Source: an uncultured cyanobacterium | Lineage (GTDB): Bacteria > Cyanobacteriota > Cyanobacteriia > PCC-6307 > Cyanobiaceae | Assembly: GCA_963765575.1 (NCBI GenBank) | Contig: CAVXWZ010000001.1 | Span: 1 to 64,000 of the forward strand | Reading direction: 5' to 3' | Length of the DNA stretch: 64,000 nucleotides | Part shown: positions 1-9,802 of the stretch, piece by piece | Layout of the letters: each line of letters starts with the position of its first letter | How positions within the stretch are numbered: the stretch's first letter is position 1 | Made by a program: the position numbers and the translations under genes | The notes under the pieces: model-generated | What the model saw: the letters and a program-made list of their open reading frames with translations, nothing else | The model's database searches: none | Told to the model about the DNA's origin: nothing

Positions 1-296
1 CAGAGCAGCGGGTGTTCGTGAGCTCGGCGTCGGCCTGGGAAATCGCCACCAAGCATCGCCTGGGTCGGTTGCCATCCGCCGAAGTCCTGATGCAGGAGGG
101 ATGGAACCTGCTGCAGGCTCAGGGATTCGTCTCCCTTCCAGTGAGCTGGCGCCATGGCCTGCGGGCCGGCAGCTACGCCCTGGCTCACCGTGATCCTTTC
201 GATCGCTTGCTCGCCGCTCAGGCGGAACTCGATGACCTCACCCTGGTCACCCTCGATCCCGCCCTGGCGGCTTTTCCCTGCCGCAGGCTGTGGTGA
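1..296 (+). CDS. vapC: PIN-domain (VapC-family) toxin, 5' end outside the window
   Basis: SSASAWEI, HRDPFDRLLAAQA and LVTLD motifs typical of PIN toxins; frame is open to the window start. Confidence 0.88.
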   Translation, partial: EQRVFVSSASAWEIATKHRLGRLPSAEVLMQEGWNLLQAQGFVSLPVSWRHGLRAGSYALAHRDPFDRLLAAQAELDDLTLVTLDPALAAFPCRRLW

Positions 297-1204
297 GCGG
301 GCCGCCCACCCTGGTGCTCTTCGGGGCTGGCAGCCTCTGCGGCGAGGCGCTGATCGAGCAGCTTGCGCTTGGCACGCCCTGGCTGGGCCTGGGCCGCCGC
401 CAGCCCCCAGGCGAAGCAGGCCAGCGTTGGCGTCTGTGTGATCTGAGTGATCTCACGCCGGAAGGCCTGGCGGCCGCTGCGGCCGCCCTGCCGCCGGTGC
501 CCAGATCTGGATCGCCTTCGCCCCCATCTGGCTGCTGGCGCCCTTTCTCGAGGCCCTGCTGGCCAGGCAGCCGCAGGCTCTGGCGGGTCTGCGCGGAGTG
601 GTGGCCTGTTCCTCTTCGAGCGTGATCACCAAGCGGTTCGCAGCCAACCGCTTCGATCGGGAGCTGGTGCAGCGCCTCAACCAGGCCCAGCAGCAGCTTC
701 TGGACACCTGCGTGCGCCTGAGCGTGCCGGCCCGCATCCTTGCCCCCACCCTGATTCACGGCCGCACCGAGCACCACGCCGACCGCAATGTGGAAGCTCT
801 CCGCCGCCTGCTGCGGCGACTGCCGCTGCTTCCCCTTCCCGCCCACACGGGTCTGCGCCAGCCGATCGCTGCGGCGGATCTGGCGGCCGTGGCGCTGGAG
901 CAGGGACGGGCGATGCTCACAGGTGCAGCGGACTCGGCGGTGCTGCCTCTGGGGGGGGGATGAAACGCTGAGTTATCGCGACATGTTGGAGCGCATTCAG
1001 GCGGGTGATCCTCGTGCGGCTCGCTGCCGGCTGCTGGCTCTGCCCACGCCGCTGTTTCAATGGCTGGCCTCACCCCTGCTGCTGGTGTCGCCGAAAACAT
1101 TTGCGGCGGTGTTGCGCTTGAGCGCGGACCTGGCGGGTTTCACCTGCGTCGCCGATCTGCTGGGGCGTCCGCCTCAGCCGTTGCGTGTGCAGCCCCCTCG
1201 ATGA
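293..1204 (+). pseudogene. NAD-dependent epimerase/dehydratase-like protein split by two compensating frameshifts (~491 and the G9 run at 951-959); may be sequencing error
   Basis: ORF pieces 290-625 (LVLFGAGSLCG Rossmann motif), 598-963 (SSSSVITKRF, PTLIHG, LRQPI) and 788-1204 (GGDETLSYRDML) join into one 304-codon frame. Confidence 0.75.
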
Positions 1205-2163
1205 GCGAGCCGCTCACCACTCCCTGGATCAGCGTGCCGCTGGCGGCGTTCGCCAGCTGGCTGCTCCTACTCGTTCTGATTCCGCTGCTGCGCCGCGGCC
1301 TGCTGGATCAGCCGAATGCCCGCAGTTCTCACCGTGTGCCCACGCCTCGTGGCGGTGGGGTGGCCTTTGTGCTGGTGAGCGTTCTTTGGGGCTGGCCGTT
1401 GATTCCCCTGCTGTGCGCACCATTGGCGCTGATGGGGCTCCTCGACGATCGGCTGAATCTGCCGGCGGCCCTGCGCTACGGAGCTCAGTTGGCCACCGCC
1501 CTCACCCTGCTGCTGGTTGCCTACCCGGCGGGGCTGCTGAGCGGCTGGCTCGGTTGGCTGCTGCTGGCTGTGGTGGTGGTGGCGATCACAGGGGTGATCA
1601 ATTTCTTCAATTTCATGGATGGCCTCGACGGCCTGGTGGCCGGCTGCTCGTCCGTGGTGTTCGCCGTGGCCGTGATCCACTCTGGAGCTTCCTGGCTCTG
1701 GCCCCTGGTGGGGGCCCTGCTGGGCTTCCTGATCTGGAATTGGAGCCCGGCGCAGGTGTTCATGGGGGATGTGGGCAGCACCTTCCTTGGGGCGGTGTTC
1801 GCAGCGGTGGTGCTGCAGGCGCCCAGCGTTGCCGGTGGCCTGGAGCAGCTGCTGGTGGCTGTGCCGCTGCTGGCGGATGCGGCCGTGTGCGTACTGCGGC
1901 GGCTCGCCGCTGGGCAGCCTGTGTTCCAGGCCCATCGCCTGCATCTGTACCAGCGCCTCCAGCAGGCAGGCTGGTCGCATCGGCGGGTGTGCCTGGCCTA
2001 TCTGTCGGCCACCATGCTGATCGGTGCGGCTGTGTTGGCCGGTGGCGTGGTGGCTGGGTTGGCTGCTGCGGCTGTGGCGCTGGCCTGGGGTGTGGCACTC
2101 GAGCGCACTCAGGCGGTGCCGTTTCCCACGGCCGTTCAGCAGGCCGAGGGGCGGGGAGACTGA
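1201..2163 (+). CDS. Glycosyltransferase family 4 (MraY/WecA-like polyprenyl-phosphate HexNAc-1-P transferase)
   Basis: PNARSSHRVPTPRGGG, LLDD, NFFNFMDGLDGL, FMGDVGS and HRLHLYQRL motifs; polytopic membrane protein; ATGA overlap with upstream gene. Confidence 0.92.
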   Translation: MSEPLTTPWISVPLAAFASWLLLLVLIPLLRRGLLDQPNARSSHRVPTPRGGGVAFVLVSVLWGWPLIPLLCAPLALMGLLDDRLNLPAALRYGAQLATALTLLLVAYPAGLLSGWLGWLLLAVVVVAITGVINFFNFMDGLDGLVAGCSSVVFAVAVIHSGASWLWPLVGALLGFLIWNWSPAQVFMGDVGSTFLGAVFAAVVLQAPSVAGGLEQLLVAVPLLADAAVCVLRRLAAGQPVFQAHRLHLYQRLQQAGWSHRRVCLAYLSATMLIGAAVLAGGVVAGLAAAAVALAWGVALERTQAVPFPTAVQQAEGRGD

Positions 2164-2169
2164 ATCCAT

Positions 2170-2520
2170 TCAGACCATCCCCATCACGCTCCTCAGTGCC
2201 TGCTCGAGGGCGGCCATCTCCGCTCTGGTGAGGATGGTGAGGGGGCCTTCGCCGATTCGTGTGCGATCGAGGGCGCGGGGCTGTTCGGCCATGGCATAGC
2301 AGTTGCGCAGGAGTCGATCACGGGCTGGGATGGTCACCCGCAGGGCCTCGGCACCGCGGCGATGCTGGGTTGTGAGGGGCACAACAAGCAGGGTGGCGAG
2401 CCCTGCTTCCTGACGCGGATCCGCCTGGATCACCACCACCGGACGGACCTTGCCCACCTCTGCGCCCTGATTGGGATGGAGCCGCGCCACCCAGATCTCG
2501 CCCCGGTGAATCAATGCCAC
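2170..2520 (-). CDS. mazF: PemK/MazF-family toxin
   Basis: RGEIWVARL..GAEVGKVRPVVVIQ..VVPLTT..EQPRALDRTRI pattern. Confidence 0.9.
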   Translation of the reverse strand: MALIHRGEIWVARLHPNQGAEVGKVRPVVVIQADPRQEAGLATLLVVPLTTQHRRGAEALRVTIPARDRLLRNCYAMAEQPRALDRTRIGEGPLTILTRAEMAALEQALRSVMGMV

Positions 2521-2827
2521 CAGCGCTCGTTCTGTGCATCGTCGCCGCCGTTACCGGCGGCGCGACCTTCGGCCAGCTCGAGGGCTTCGTTCTCGGCAGG
2601 GAGGAAGTCCGCCGCGACGGCGAGGGCTTCGGCGCGGGCCGGGGTCGGAGGCCAGCGCCCTGGCGGCGGCCACCAGGGCCGCTTCCAGGCGCTCGCGCTC
2701 CCTGCGGGAGAGGAGGGCCTCCAGAGCCTCTCGGATCAGCTGCGAGCGGGGCTGGCCGCTGAGGCGTGGCTTCCTGGCTGAGCTTTCGCTCCAAGTCGTC
2801 AGGGAGTCTCAGGCTGACGGCACCCAT
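2511..2827 (-). pseudogene. Ribbon-helix-helix (CopG-like) antitoxin, frameshifted near 2765 and 2640
   Basis: MGAVSLRLPDDLERKL then, in shifted frames, SGQPRSQLIREAL and EALAVAADFLPAENEALELAE..RWWH*; its stop overlaps the toxin start. Confidence 0.72.
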
Positions 2828-3004
2828 GGAGCACGTTCTGTAAGTGTTTCTGTATCACGAATTGTAGTACGGCTCATGGCGACCGCACGCAATGTCAGGG
2901 ATCAATCAAGACAGTCGACCAGGCGATGCAGGGTCTCTGGCAGGTACTCCCTCAAGCCGCCCAGAGTTTCTGCAGCTCGAGGTGCACCCTTGCCGGCCAC
3001 AGCA

Positions 3005-3249
3005 TCACCACAACCGGTTGCATGGGACTGTGCCGAGGGCAGGATCAGCGCTTACCAGGGTGATGCCGTCCGGTTCTGCCTCTGCTGCCAATCGCTCTGC
3101 CAGCCACCACAGAAGGGCATGGATGTCGAGCAACAACTCCACCACCAGATCCGGACACAATGGCGGAAAGCCCCAGTGATTCCTGCTGTGGGCGTCAGCG
3201 TGACAAGCCGGCCATCGGGCTACGGTTGCACCACCGCCTCGGGATTCGC
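3005..3249 (-). pseudogene. Decayed Uma2-endonuclease and PIN-toxin fragments
   Basis: ANPEAVVQP*PDGRLVTLTPT and GFPPLCPDLVVEL (Uma2-like) run directly into LLDIHALLWWL and RLAAEAEPDGITLVSADPAL..RLW (PIN-like). Confidence 0.7.
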
Positions 3250-3253
3250 TTAG

Positions 3254-4494
3254 GGAATCTCTGGGCATCGGAAATTTGAGGAGCGCCTGAGCTCATGCCT
3301 GAGCTGGTGGACTGCAATTTGACTTTGCAGTGCTCTATTGGTGCTCAATCGTTCCATTCTTCCCATTTCTTGGTGTTTTCTGAGGCCCAATCAGATCCTC
3401 CAGTCACGGCATTCCCCCCGTTCATATCACGCTAAGCAATAGGCGGCGAGCCATGAACAGATTCGTGAGCGCAGCGATGACGTTGACCTTGCAGCGGTTC
3501 TTAGCCATGCCCCGCAGCCGGGTCTTTTGGAAGCCGAACTGCTCCTTGATCACGCGGAACGGATGCTCCACCTTGGCGCGAATGTGAGCTTTTGCCGTCT
3601 CGATCAGATCCTGAAGTCTTCCATCAGGCGTATCAGGCAGGACCCGGCGCTTTCCTGGACGCATCGCCACCCGAAAGTTTGCTGTGCTGCCGTCCATCTC
3701 GGGGCGCTTGGCAATGCCCTGGTAGCCGGCATCTCCGTAAACCACCTCCTCATCGCCATGGAGCAGCTCGGCGGCTGGGGTGAGGTCATGCACGTTGGCG
3801 GCCGTGACCACCACCGAATGGATCAGGCCTGAATCCTTGTCCACGCCTGCGTGGACTTTCATGCCGTAGGCGAAGCCTTCCGCGAAGCGGTAATACCACT
3901 GGTTGCCCTTCTTGGTCTGGTGCATCTCCGGATCCCGCTTGCCTGCTTTGTTTTTGGTGGAGCTGGGCGCTGCGATCAAGGTGGCATCGACGATCGTGCC
4001 CTGTCGCATCGTCATGCCCTTCTTGCTGAGATGGGCTTTGACGGTTTCAAAGATCTGCTCACCCAGCTCGTGCTTCTCCAGAAGGTGGCGGAAGGTCAGG
4101 ATCGTTGTCTCATCAGGGATCCGGTCACTGATCAGCTCGATGCCGGCAAAGCGGCGCATGGTGGGCACCTCGATCAGGGCCTCTTCCATCGCCGGATCAC
4201 TGAGCGAGTACCAGTGCTGGAGTAGGTGGACCCGCAGCATCGTGGACAACGGATAGGGAGGCCGGCCACCCTTCTTGTTTTGCTTGGGGTAGTGGGGCTC
4301 GATCAGATCGATCAGTGGCTGCCAGGGCACCACTACCTCCATCTCAGAAAGAAACTTCTCCCGTTTGGTCTGCTTCTTGGCCGTGGTGATCTCGTAATCC
4401 GAGAAGCCAAGCTGCTTACCACCCATCACCCCAGTCCTGATCTGCGATCACGCGCCCATTGTCGCGTGGAACGCCTGGGTTTTCCAGAGTGTCC
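3254..4494 (-). mobile_element. IS5-family insertion sequence, 1241 bp, flanked by a TTAG duplication
   Basis: Ends GGAATCTCTGG (3254) and reverse complement GGACACTCTGG (4494) match at 9/11; TTAG at 3250-3253 and 4495-4498. Confidence 0.88.
3422..4426 (-). CDS. IS5-family DDE transposase
   Basis: TKREKFLSEME, IPDETTILTFRHLLE, IVDATLI, GDAGYQG and RAKVEHPF motifs; uninterrupted ORF. Confidence 0.95.
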   Translation of the reverse strand: MGGKQLGFSDYEITTAKKQTKREKFLSEMEVVVPWQPLIDLIEPHYPKQNKKGGRPPYPLSTMLRVHLLQHWYSLSDPAMEEALIEVPTMRRFAGIELISDRIPDETTILTFRHLLEKHELGEQIFETVKAHLSKKGMTMRQGTIVDATLIAAPSSTKNKAGKRDPEMHQTKKGNQWYYRFAEGFAYGMKVHAGVDKDSGLIHSVVVTAANVHDLTPAAELLHGDEEVVYGDAGYQGIAKRPEMDGSTANFRVAMRPGKRRVLPDTPDGRLQDLIETAKAHIRAKVEHPFRVIKEQFGFQKTRLRGMAKNRCKVNVIAALTNLFMARRLLLSVI

Positions 4495-4549
4495 TTAGGA
4501 AAGTTTTCGCCTCTCTTTTCTGATCGCCAAGCGGCTGGATGAGATGATG

Positions 4550-4950
4550 ATGCGTCGCTACAGCGAGGCTGTCTAGTCAAAGGCTTTCGCGGAGCAGTGG
4601 GAAAATGCGAGACAGCGGATGAGTCCGCCACACCACAGAGCTTGGCTGGGATTTCCGATGACCTGGGCATCCACGTGATCACCCTCTACAACTGGAAAAA
4701 GACCTGGCGGTTGCAGGTGGTGGTGGTGCCGCCAACCGAGAAAGAGCCTTAGGGCTCAAGCTCTGCTGACAAATGAGGGTGGTCCTGGAGACTGCTGGCC
4801 TGAATGCCGCCGAGCTCAGCGCCTATTGTCGGGAATGAGAGGTACCTGGAGCGGGTGGAGCGCTGGCGCCAGGCAACTCAGGATGCCAATGAGAAGCCTT
4901 GAAAGAGCAGAAGGAGCTGGAGAAGCTCCGCGCCGAGGACCAGGAGTAGT
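4550..4950 (+). pseudogene. Degenerate IS3-family transposase OrfA remnant
   Basis: Fragments MRRYSEAV, LGIHVITLYNWKK, VVLETAGLNAAELSAYCRE and ERWRQA..DANEK interrupted by stops and frameshifts. Confidence 0.75.
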
Positions 4951-5065
4951 GGCGCTGGTCACAAAAAATATGCAGGCCCTCCGGGGAGAGGTAGAGGAGA
5001 TTGTCCTCGCTGACTGATCGCCGGCACCGACACAGCGGCATCCGGTAAGCAATCCAAATCCAGCA

Positions 5066-7450
5066 TCAATCCCCCATCCAACGCTTGAGGGCCTTGCCCC
5101 AGCGCTTGCGGTTGGCGGCGGTCGGCAGCCAGGCACTGACCCCGCCGCGGGAGGTTTGCTCTTCGGAGTGACCACCATTGCGGTAGTAGCTGAGGGTGGT
5201 GCCGGGATCGAAGGCCGCGTCACCGGGGGAGGCGTAGTAAGCCCGGTTGCCATACCCGTAGCCATAGGCGCTGGCCTCGTTACCGGTCACGCCGATGGTG
5301 CGAGCATTGGTGACGAGGCCCAGCAGGGGTGAACCGGCCAGCTCGATGCGCTTGATCGCTTCGGCAGGCAGCTCGCGCCCCACTTTGCTCAGACTCACCA
5401 GCAACAGAATGCCGTCGAGGTGTTCGGCGATCAGCGAGGCGTCCGCAAGCCCCAGGGCGGGCGGGGTGTCGTAGAGCACCATGTCGAAGTCCCCGGAGTC
5501 CATGAACTCCCGCGTGATCGCCTCGAGGCGTGCCGAGCCCAGCAGCCGTGGTGGATCGGGCACGGGATGTCCTGCCGTGATCACCTGCCAGTTGGGGAAG
5601 TTGGGCACCTCCTGCAGCAGCTCGCGCCAGTTGCGCGAATCGTCGGTGAGCAGGGTGCTGACCCCCTCCAGGTTGTTCAGCCCCAGCCTGTGGTGCAGCT
5701 GCGGCAGCCGCAGGTCCATGTCCACCAACAGCACCCGCTGCCCCAGCTCGCTGAGGGTTTTGGCCAGCAGCACCATCATCAGACTCTTGCCCTCGGAGGG
5801 CACGGAGCTGGTGATCGCCAGCGAGCGCACCGGACGGTTGCTGTTGAGGAACTTGAGGTTGGTGGTGAGGTTGCGCAGCGCCTCCTGGTAATAGAAGCGC
5901 TGATAGCCGTCTTTCTCGGAACGGGGTTGATCGAGCTGCTCGAGCATGAATTTCTTGCTCTTGCCCACATCCTCGAACAGGGGAATGAAGGGGATGTGCC
6001 CCAGCAGCGGGTGCTTGAGCTCTTCACGCACCTCGCTGGGGGAGTGGAAGACGTTGTCGAGACGATCCTTGAGCAGCGCCACGCCGGTGCCGGCCGCGAG
6101 GCCGAGCAGCAGACCCTGCAGCAGGCTGCGGGGCACGCTGGGTTCAACCGGCACCGTGTTCACCTGGGTGGGGTTGATCACCTGCCAGGGGGCGTTGTTC
6201 TGGGCCATCCCCAGCTGGAACGACTCGCGCGAGCGCACCAGGCTGTCGAGGTTGGCCTGGGAGAGTTCCAGGCGCCGTTGCAGATCCTCATACGTCCTCA
6301 GCAGGCCGGGCTGCACCTGGAAGCGCCCCTCGAGATCCTGGATCTGCTGCTGGGTGGTGGTGATCGTCTCGTCGTACTGGCGCAGGGCCACGTCGATTGT
6401 TTCCAGCTGCTGGCGCTGGAGTTCTGGGCGAAGTCGGTCGCGTGCGGCGATCAGATTGTCGAGCAGGGGGTTGCCCGGCTTGAAGGTGCTCTGTGCTGCC
6501 ACGATCTGCTCGTTCAGCCTGGCGAGTTCCCCCAGCCGGGCCTGGTTGGGCAAGCCCACGCTGACGCTGGTGCTGGAGCCCGCATCGGCGTTGTCGCTGG
6601 ATGAACTCGCGAAATCCCGGGTGGCGAGCCGGCCACTGGCCACGTCGGCGCGAACGCGCTGCAGACGGTCGAGCTCAGCCTGCTGTTGCGACAACTGGCT
6701 GCGCAGCGAGGAGGCCTGGGTGCGCAGCGCGGTTGCCTCCTCAAGAGGTTGCACCACGTTGTTGGATCTGCGGAAGTTCTCCAGCTGGTTCTGGAGGTCG
6801 TTGTTGCGCTGCCGCAGTGCGGGAGCCTGGCCGTCGAGAAAACGGATGCCCTCGGTGAATTGCTCGCGCTTCTGGCTCAGCGACCAGTCGACGTAGGCCT
6901 GTTCGGTGAGCTGCAGGGCGCGACGCACCGCGTCGGGATCCTGACCACGGCCGAACACCTGCACGACACCGGAGGCCAGGATCCTCTGCTCCCCCGGGTC
7001 AGCGGAAACGAGGGACACGTTGATGCTGGGCGCGGGCGTGTCGGGAAACTCCTCGGCCAGGTTCAGGTACACGGGCTCCAGCACCGTGGGGCTCTGCAGC
7101 ACCCGCAGCAGGGTGGGCAGATCCACGCGGGCCGTGTTGGTGGCCACAGCGCCGATACCCTCAGCGCCAGCGCTGTTGACTTCGTTCACCGGGTCGCTGA
7201 GCAGCAGCACGAAGGATCCGGCAAACACCGGGTTGTAGACGCGGCGGTACACGGCGAACAGGGCCGAGGCCGCTGTCACCAGCAGCACGGTCAGCACGAA
7301 AAGCCCGCGTCGGCGGCGGATCACCTTGCCCAGACGTTTGAGCCCCAGGCCGGACTCCTGCGGGTCGGACTCCTGGAGAGGCTGCAGGGGCCGCAACATC
7401 ACGGGGCCATTGGCGCCCGGTGGGGTTGCGCTGGAGGGGGTGGCGCTCAC
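5066..7450 (-). CDS. wzc: Polysaccharide co-polymerase/BY-kinase (Wzc/GumC family)
   Basis: Two TM helices flank a coiled-coil domain; Walker A TSSVPSEGKS, DMDLR, YDTPP; Tyr cluster AYGYGYGNRAYY. Confidence 0.93.
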   Translation of the reverse strand: MSATPSSATPPGANGPVMLRPLQPLQESDPQESGLGLKRLGKVIRRRRGLFVLTVLLVTAASALFAVYRRVYNPVFAGSFVLLLSDPVNEVNSAGAEGIGAVATNTARVDLPTLLRVLQSPTVLEPVYLNLAEEFPDTPAPSINVSLVSADPGEQRILASGVVQVFGRGQDPDAVRRALQLTEQAYVDWSLSQKREQFTEGIRFLDGQAPALRQRNNDLQNQLENFRRSNNVVQPLEEATALRTQASSLRSQLSQQQAELDRLQRVRADVASGRLATRDFASSSSDNADAGSSTSVSVGLPNQARLGELARLNEQIVAAQSTFKPGNPLLDNLIAARDRLRPELQRQQLETIDVALRQYDETITTTQQQIQDLEGRFQVQPGLLRTYEDLQRRLELSQANLDSLVRSRESFQLGMAQNNAPWQVINPTQVNTVPVEPSVPRSLLQGLLLGLAAGTGVALLKDRLDNVFHSPSEVREELKHPLLGHIPFIPLFEDVGKSKKFMLEQLDQPRSEKDGYQRFYYQEALRNLTTNLKFLNSNRPVRSLAITSSVPSEGKSLMMVLLAKTLSELGQRVLLVDMDLRLPQLHHRLGLNNLEGVSTLLTDDSRNWRELLQEVPNFPNWQVITAGHPVPDPPRLLGSARLEAITREFMDSGDFDMVLYDTPPALGLADASLIAEHLDGILLLVSLSKVGRELPAEAIKRIELAGSPLLGLVTNARTIGVTGNEASAYGYGYGNRAYYASPGDAAFDPGTTLSYYRNGGHSEEQTSRGGVSAWLPTAANRKRWGKALKRWMGD

Positions 7451-7479
7451 CGCAGGAGATCCCGGTTTAGGGCGAGTGT

Positions 7480-8379
7480 ATGGGGCGCGAGCCAGAGTCG
7501 CAATTCAGGGAGCAGGCTTCGGAAGCGGCTCTGCATCTCAAGACAGTGCCGCCGGCGTGGTCTTGGGCACGGGTTTACCTTGCAGTCGTTTCACGCTTCA
7601 ACAGGTCTTTCCTCTTGTCGAGCGATTTCACCAACCGCCGAGCCTCCGCTCTGGCCCGCCTGGCCGCCTATGGCCTCGCCCTGGTGTTTCTCGTTTCCCT
7701 GGTGGCCGTGTTCCTGCCGCCGCCCTTCCTGAACCCTCAGCGCCTGTCCAACGCCCTTGTGGAACTGGTGGAGCGCTCGACCCTTCCGCTCGTGGCCTCG
7801 GCCTTGCTGTTCTGGGGATTCAGCGGCCGCGCGCGGCCGGCCCTGTGGGAGTGCCGCGCGGTGAGAGTGCTGCGGCCTCTGCTGTTGCTGGTGGCCCTCC
7901 TCTATCTGCTCACCACCATCAGCTTGGGTTTGATCGGCCAACGGCTCGAGGTTGAAGGCCTCGCCGCTGCCGACCTGCAACTTCGAGGCTCCCAGGCCGA
8001 ACTGCAGCGGGCGCGGAGCCTGGTGGGGGAGATTCCCGATGAGTCCACCCTGAAGGCCTGGCTGGGCTCCCAACCTGCCCTGCGGCAGGCTCTCGATCAG
8101 CAGACCGGCAACGATCAGGTTCCGGACGATGCCGAGGACATCCGTGCGCGCATCAACCGCCTGCTGGCCATCAGCGAGGCGAACCTCCAGCGCGACGCGG
8201 TGAGGGCCAAGGCTGAAATCTCCGCTCGGGTGTGGGGGCGGATCATCCGCGCCGGCCTCACCTCCCTGATCTACGCCATCTATTTCGGCCTTGTCTACCT
8301 GCTCTGGCCCCGGTCGCTGCTGAAGACCGTGCAGCGGGCCTGGAAACAGCGCAACAAGGCGGTTGAAGCTGCGCTGTGA
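7480..8379 (+). CDS. HpsJ-like membrane protein (cyanoexosortase-associated); start codon uncertain
   Basis: Three N-terminal TM segments with ELVERS..PLVA, helical loop and C-terminal TM; lies directly upstream of the exosortase. Confidence 0.65.
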   Translation: MGREPESQFREQASEAALHLKTVPPAWSWARVYLAVVSRFNRSFLLSSDFTNRRASALARLAAYGLALVFLVSLVAVFLPPPFLNPQRLSNALVELVERSTLPLVASALLFWGFSGRARPALWECRAVRVLRPLLLLVALLYLLTTISLGLIGQRLEVEGLAAADLQLRGSQAELQRARSLVGEIPDESTLKAWLGSQPALRQALDQQTGNDQVPDDAEDIRARINRLLAISEANLQRDAVRAKAEISARVWGRIIRAGLTSLIYAIYFGLVYLLWPRSLLKTVQRAWKQRNKAVEAAL

Positions 8380-9248
8380 GTGGCCAGATGGCCTCCCACG
8401 CCCGCCTTGCCCTGCTGGTGGGCATGGCGGCCGCCCAGACCACCCTGCTGATCCGGGGCGGTGTGCCCGCTTTTGCGATCATGGCCGGCATCACCTGGAT
8501 CGGCGGCGGACTGCTCCTGTTCGAACGGGAACAGGAGGGTCAGCCGCCTCCCCTGGCGGCGTTGTCGCTGCACCAGCTGCTGGTGGGCCTGGCTGCCCTG
8601 CTCTGGGTGCTGCTGGTGCTCAGCAATGCCGGCCGGCTCTACGACCCCCTGCTGCATCTGGTGCCCCTGGCAGCCCTGGTGGGCCTGGCGCTGCTCTCCG
8701 GGGTGCTCTGGCGCTCGCCCACGTTGCTGCTGATGCTCTGCTGCGGCCTGCTGTTGCCGGCACAGGTGCTGATCAACCGCTTCCTGCCCACCCAGCCGCT
8801 GGCGGTGGCCACGGCCCGCACCGTCGCCCAGGGGCTGTGGCTGGCGGGCCGGCCGGCGTTGGCGATGGGGGATCGCATCGTCATGACCGATCAGGTGTTG
8901 CTGGTGGATGCCAGCTGCACGGGGGTGAACACGCTCTCGCTCTGCCTGGCGGCGATGCTGCTGCTGGCGGTGCTGCTGCCCCTGCCGGCCCTGCGCCGAC
9001 ACCGTGTGCCTGGTGCTCTGCTGCTGGCAACAGCCACGATGGTGCTCGCCTTCCTGGTCAATGCGGTGCGGGTGTTCGTGCTCGCGCTCACCCAACAGGA
9101 GCGCTCCTCGGCTTGGTACGGCGCCCTCACCCACTTCGACTTCTGGCACGATGGCAGCGGTTCCCACCTGTTTTCCATGGCTGCCATGGGCCTGGTGATC
9201 GGCCTCTACATGATGCTTCTCGAGGCCACCCTGGCCGCGCGCCGATGA
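8376..9248 (+). CDS. Exosortase/archaeosortase-family protein (cyanoexosortase, probably type A)
   Basis: Multi-TM; predicted catalytic Cys (DASCTG), Arg (NAVRV) and His (FWHDGSGSHLF). Confidence 0.88.
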   Translation: MSGQMASHARLALLVGMAAAQTTLLIRGGVPAFAIMAGITWIGGGLLLFEREQEGQPPPLAALSLHQLLVGLAALLWVLLVLSNAGRLYDPLLHLVPLAALVGLALLSGVLWRSPTLLLMLCCGLLLPAQVLINRFLPTQPLAVATARTVAQGLWLAGRPALAMGDRIVMTDQVLLVDASCTGVNTLSLCLAAMLLLAVLLPLPALRRHRVPGALLLATATMVLAFLVNAVRVFVLALTQQERSSAWYGALTHFDFWHDGSGSHLFSMAAMGLVIGLYMMLLEATLAARR

Positions 9249-9802
9249 ACAGGCGCGCCTTCAACTGGGGCCCGGAAACCCGGCGTCTGGCTCCGCTGGT
9301 GCTGTTGGCCGCCTGGGCCACGCTGCTCAGCGTGGAGACATGGTTCCGCTCCCCAGGCTTCTCCACCGCAAGGGGCCTTCCCTCCCAACTGGTGCGACGG
9401 GGTGAGGTGTGGCGTCGGCATCCGCAACCGCCAGGTGCGCCTGCGGGCGAGCTTCCCGATGGGGTCGCGGTGCTCGAGGCGGCCGACTACGTCCCGGAGA
9501 AGCCGGGCCTGCCCCGCCTGCACCTGCGGCGGCTGGGCCTGGCGACCAGTGGCACCGGCGTGGATCTGCCCGTTGAAGACCTCGCCGCCGCCCTGCTGGG
9601 CGAGGGGGCCCAGGGCCGTTGTGTGGTGCTCGATGGGGCCGGCGCGGTGATCTCCGAGCAGCCCACGGCCGAGGCCTGGGCCGCCTGGATCGCCCCCCAG
9701 CGCCCGTCCCGCCCCGAGCTGCTGCGCTGGCTGCTGGGACTGCGGCCCTTCCGCGCCAACACCTGCCTCTGGGACGGCCAGCGGGCGGCAGCGACGCGAT
9801 GA
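9245..9802 (+). CDS. Cyanoexosortase-system-associated protein
   Basis: ATGA overlap with the exosortase; N-terminal TM; C-terminal RWLLGLRPFRANTCLW resembles the WLLG..CLW tail of CrtA-associated proteins. Confidence 0.6.
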   Translation: MNRRAFNWGPETRRLAPLVLLAAWATLLSVETWFRSPGFSTARGLPSQLVRRGEVWRRHPQPPGAPAGELPDGVAVLEAADYVPEKPGLPRLHLRRLGLATSGTGVDLPVEDLAAALLGEGAQGRCVVLDGAGAVISEQPTAEAWAAWIAPQRPSRPELLRWLLGLRPFRANTCLWDGQRAAATR

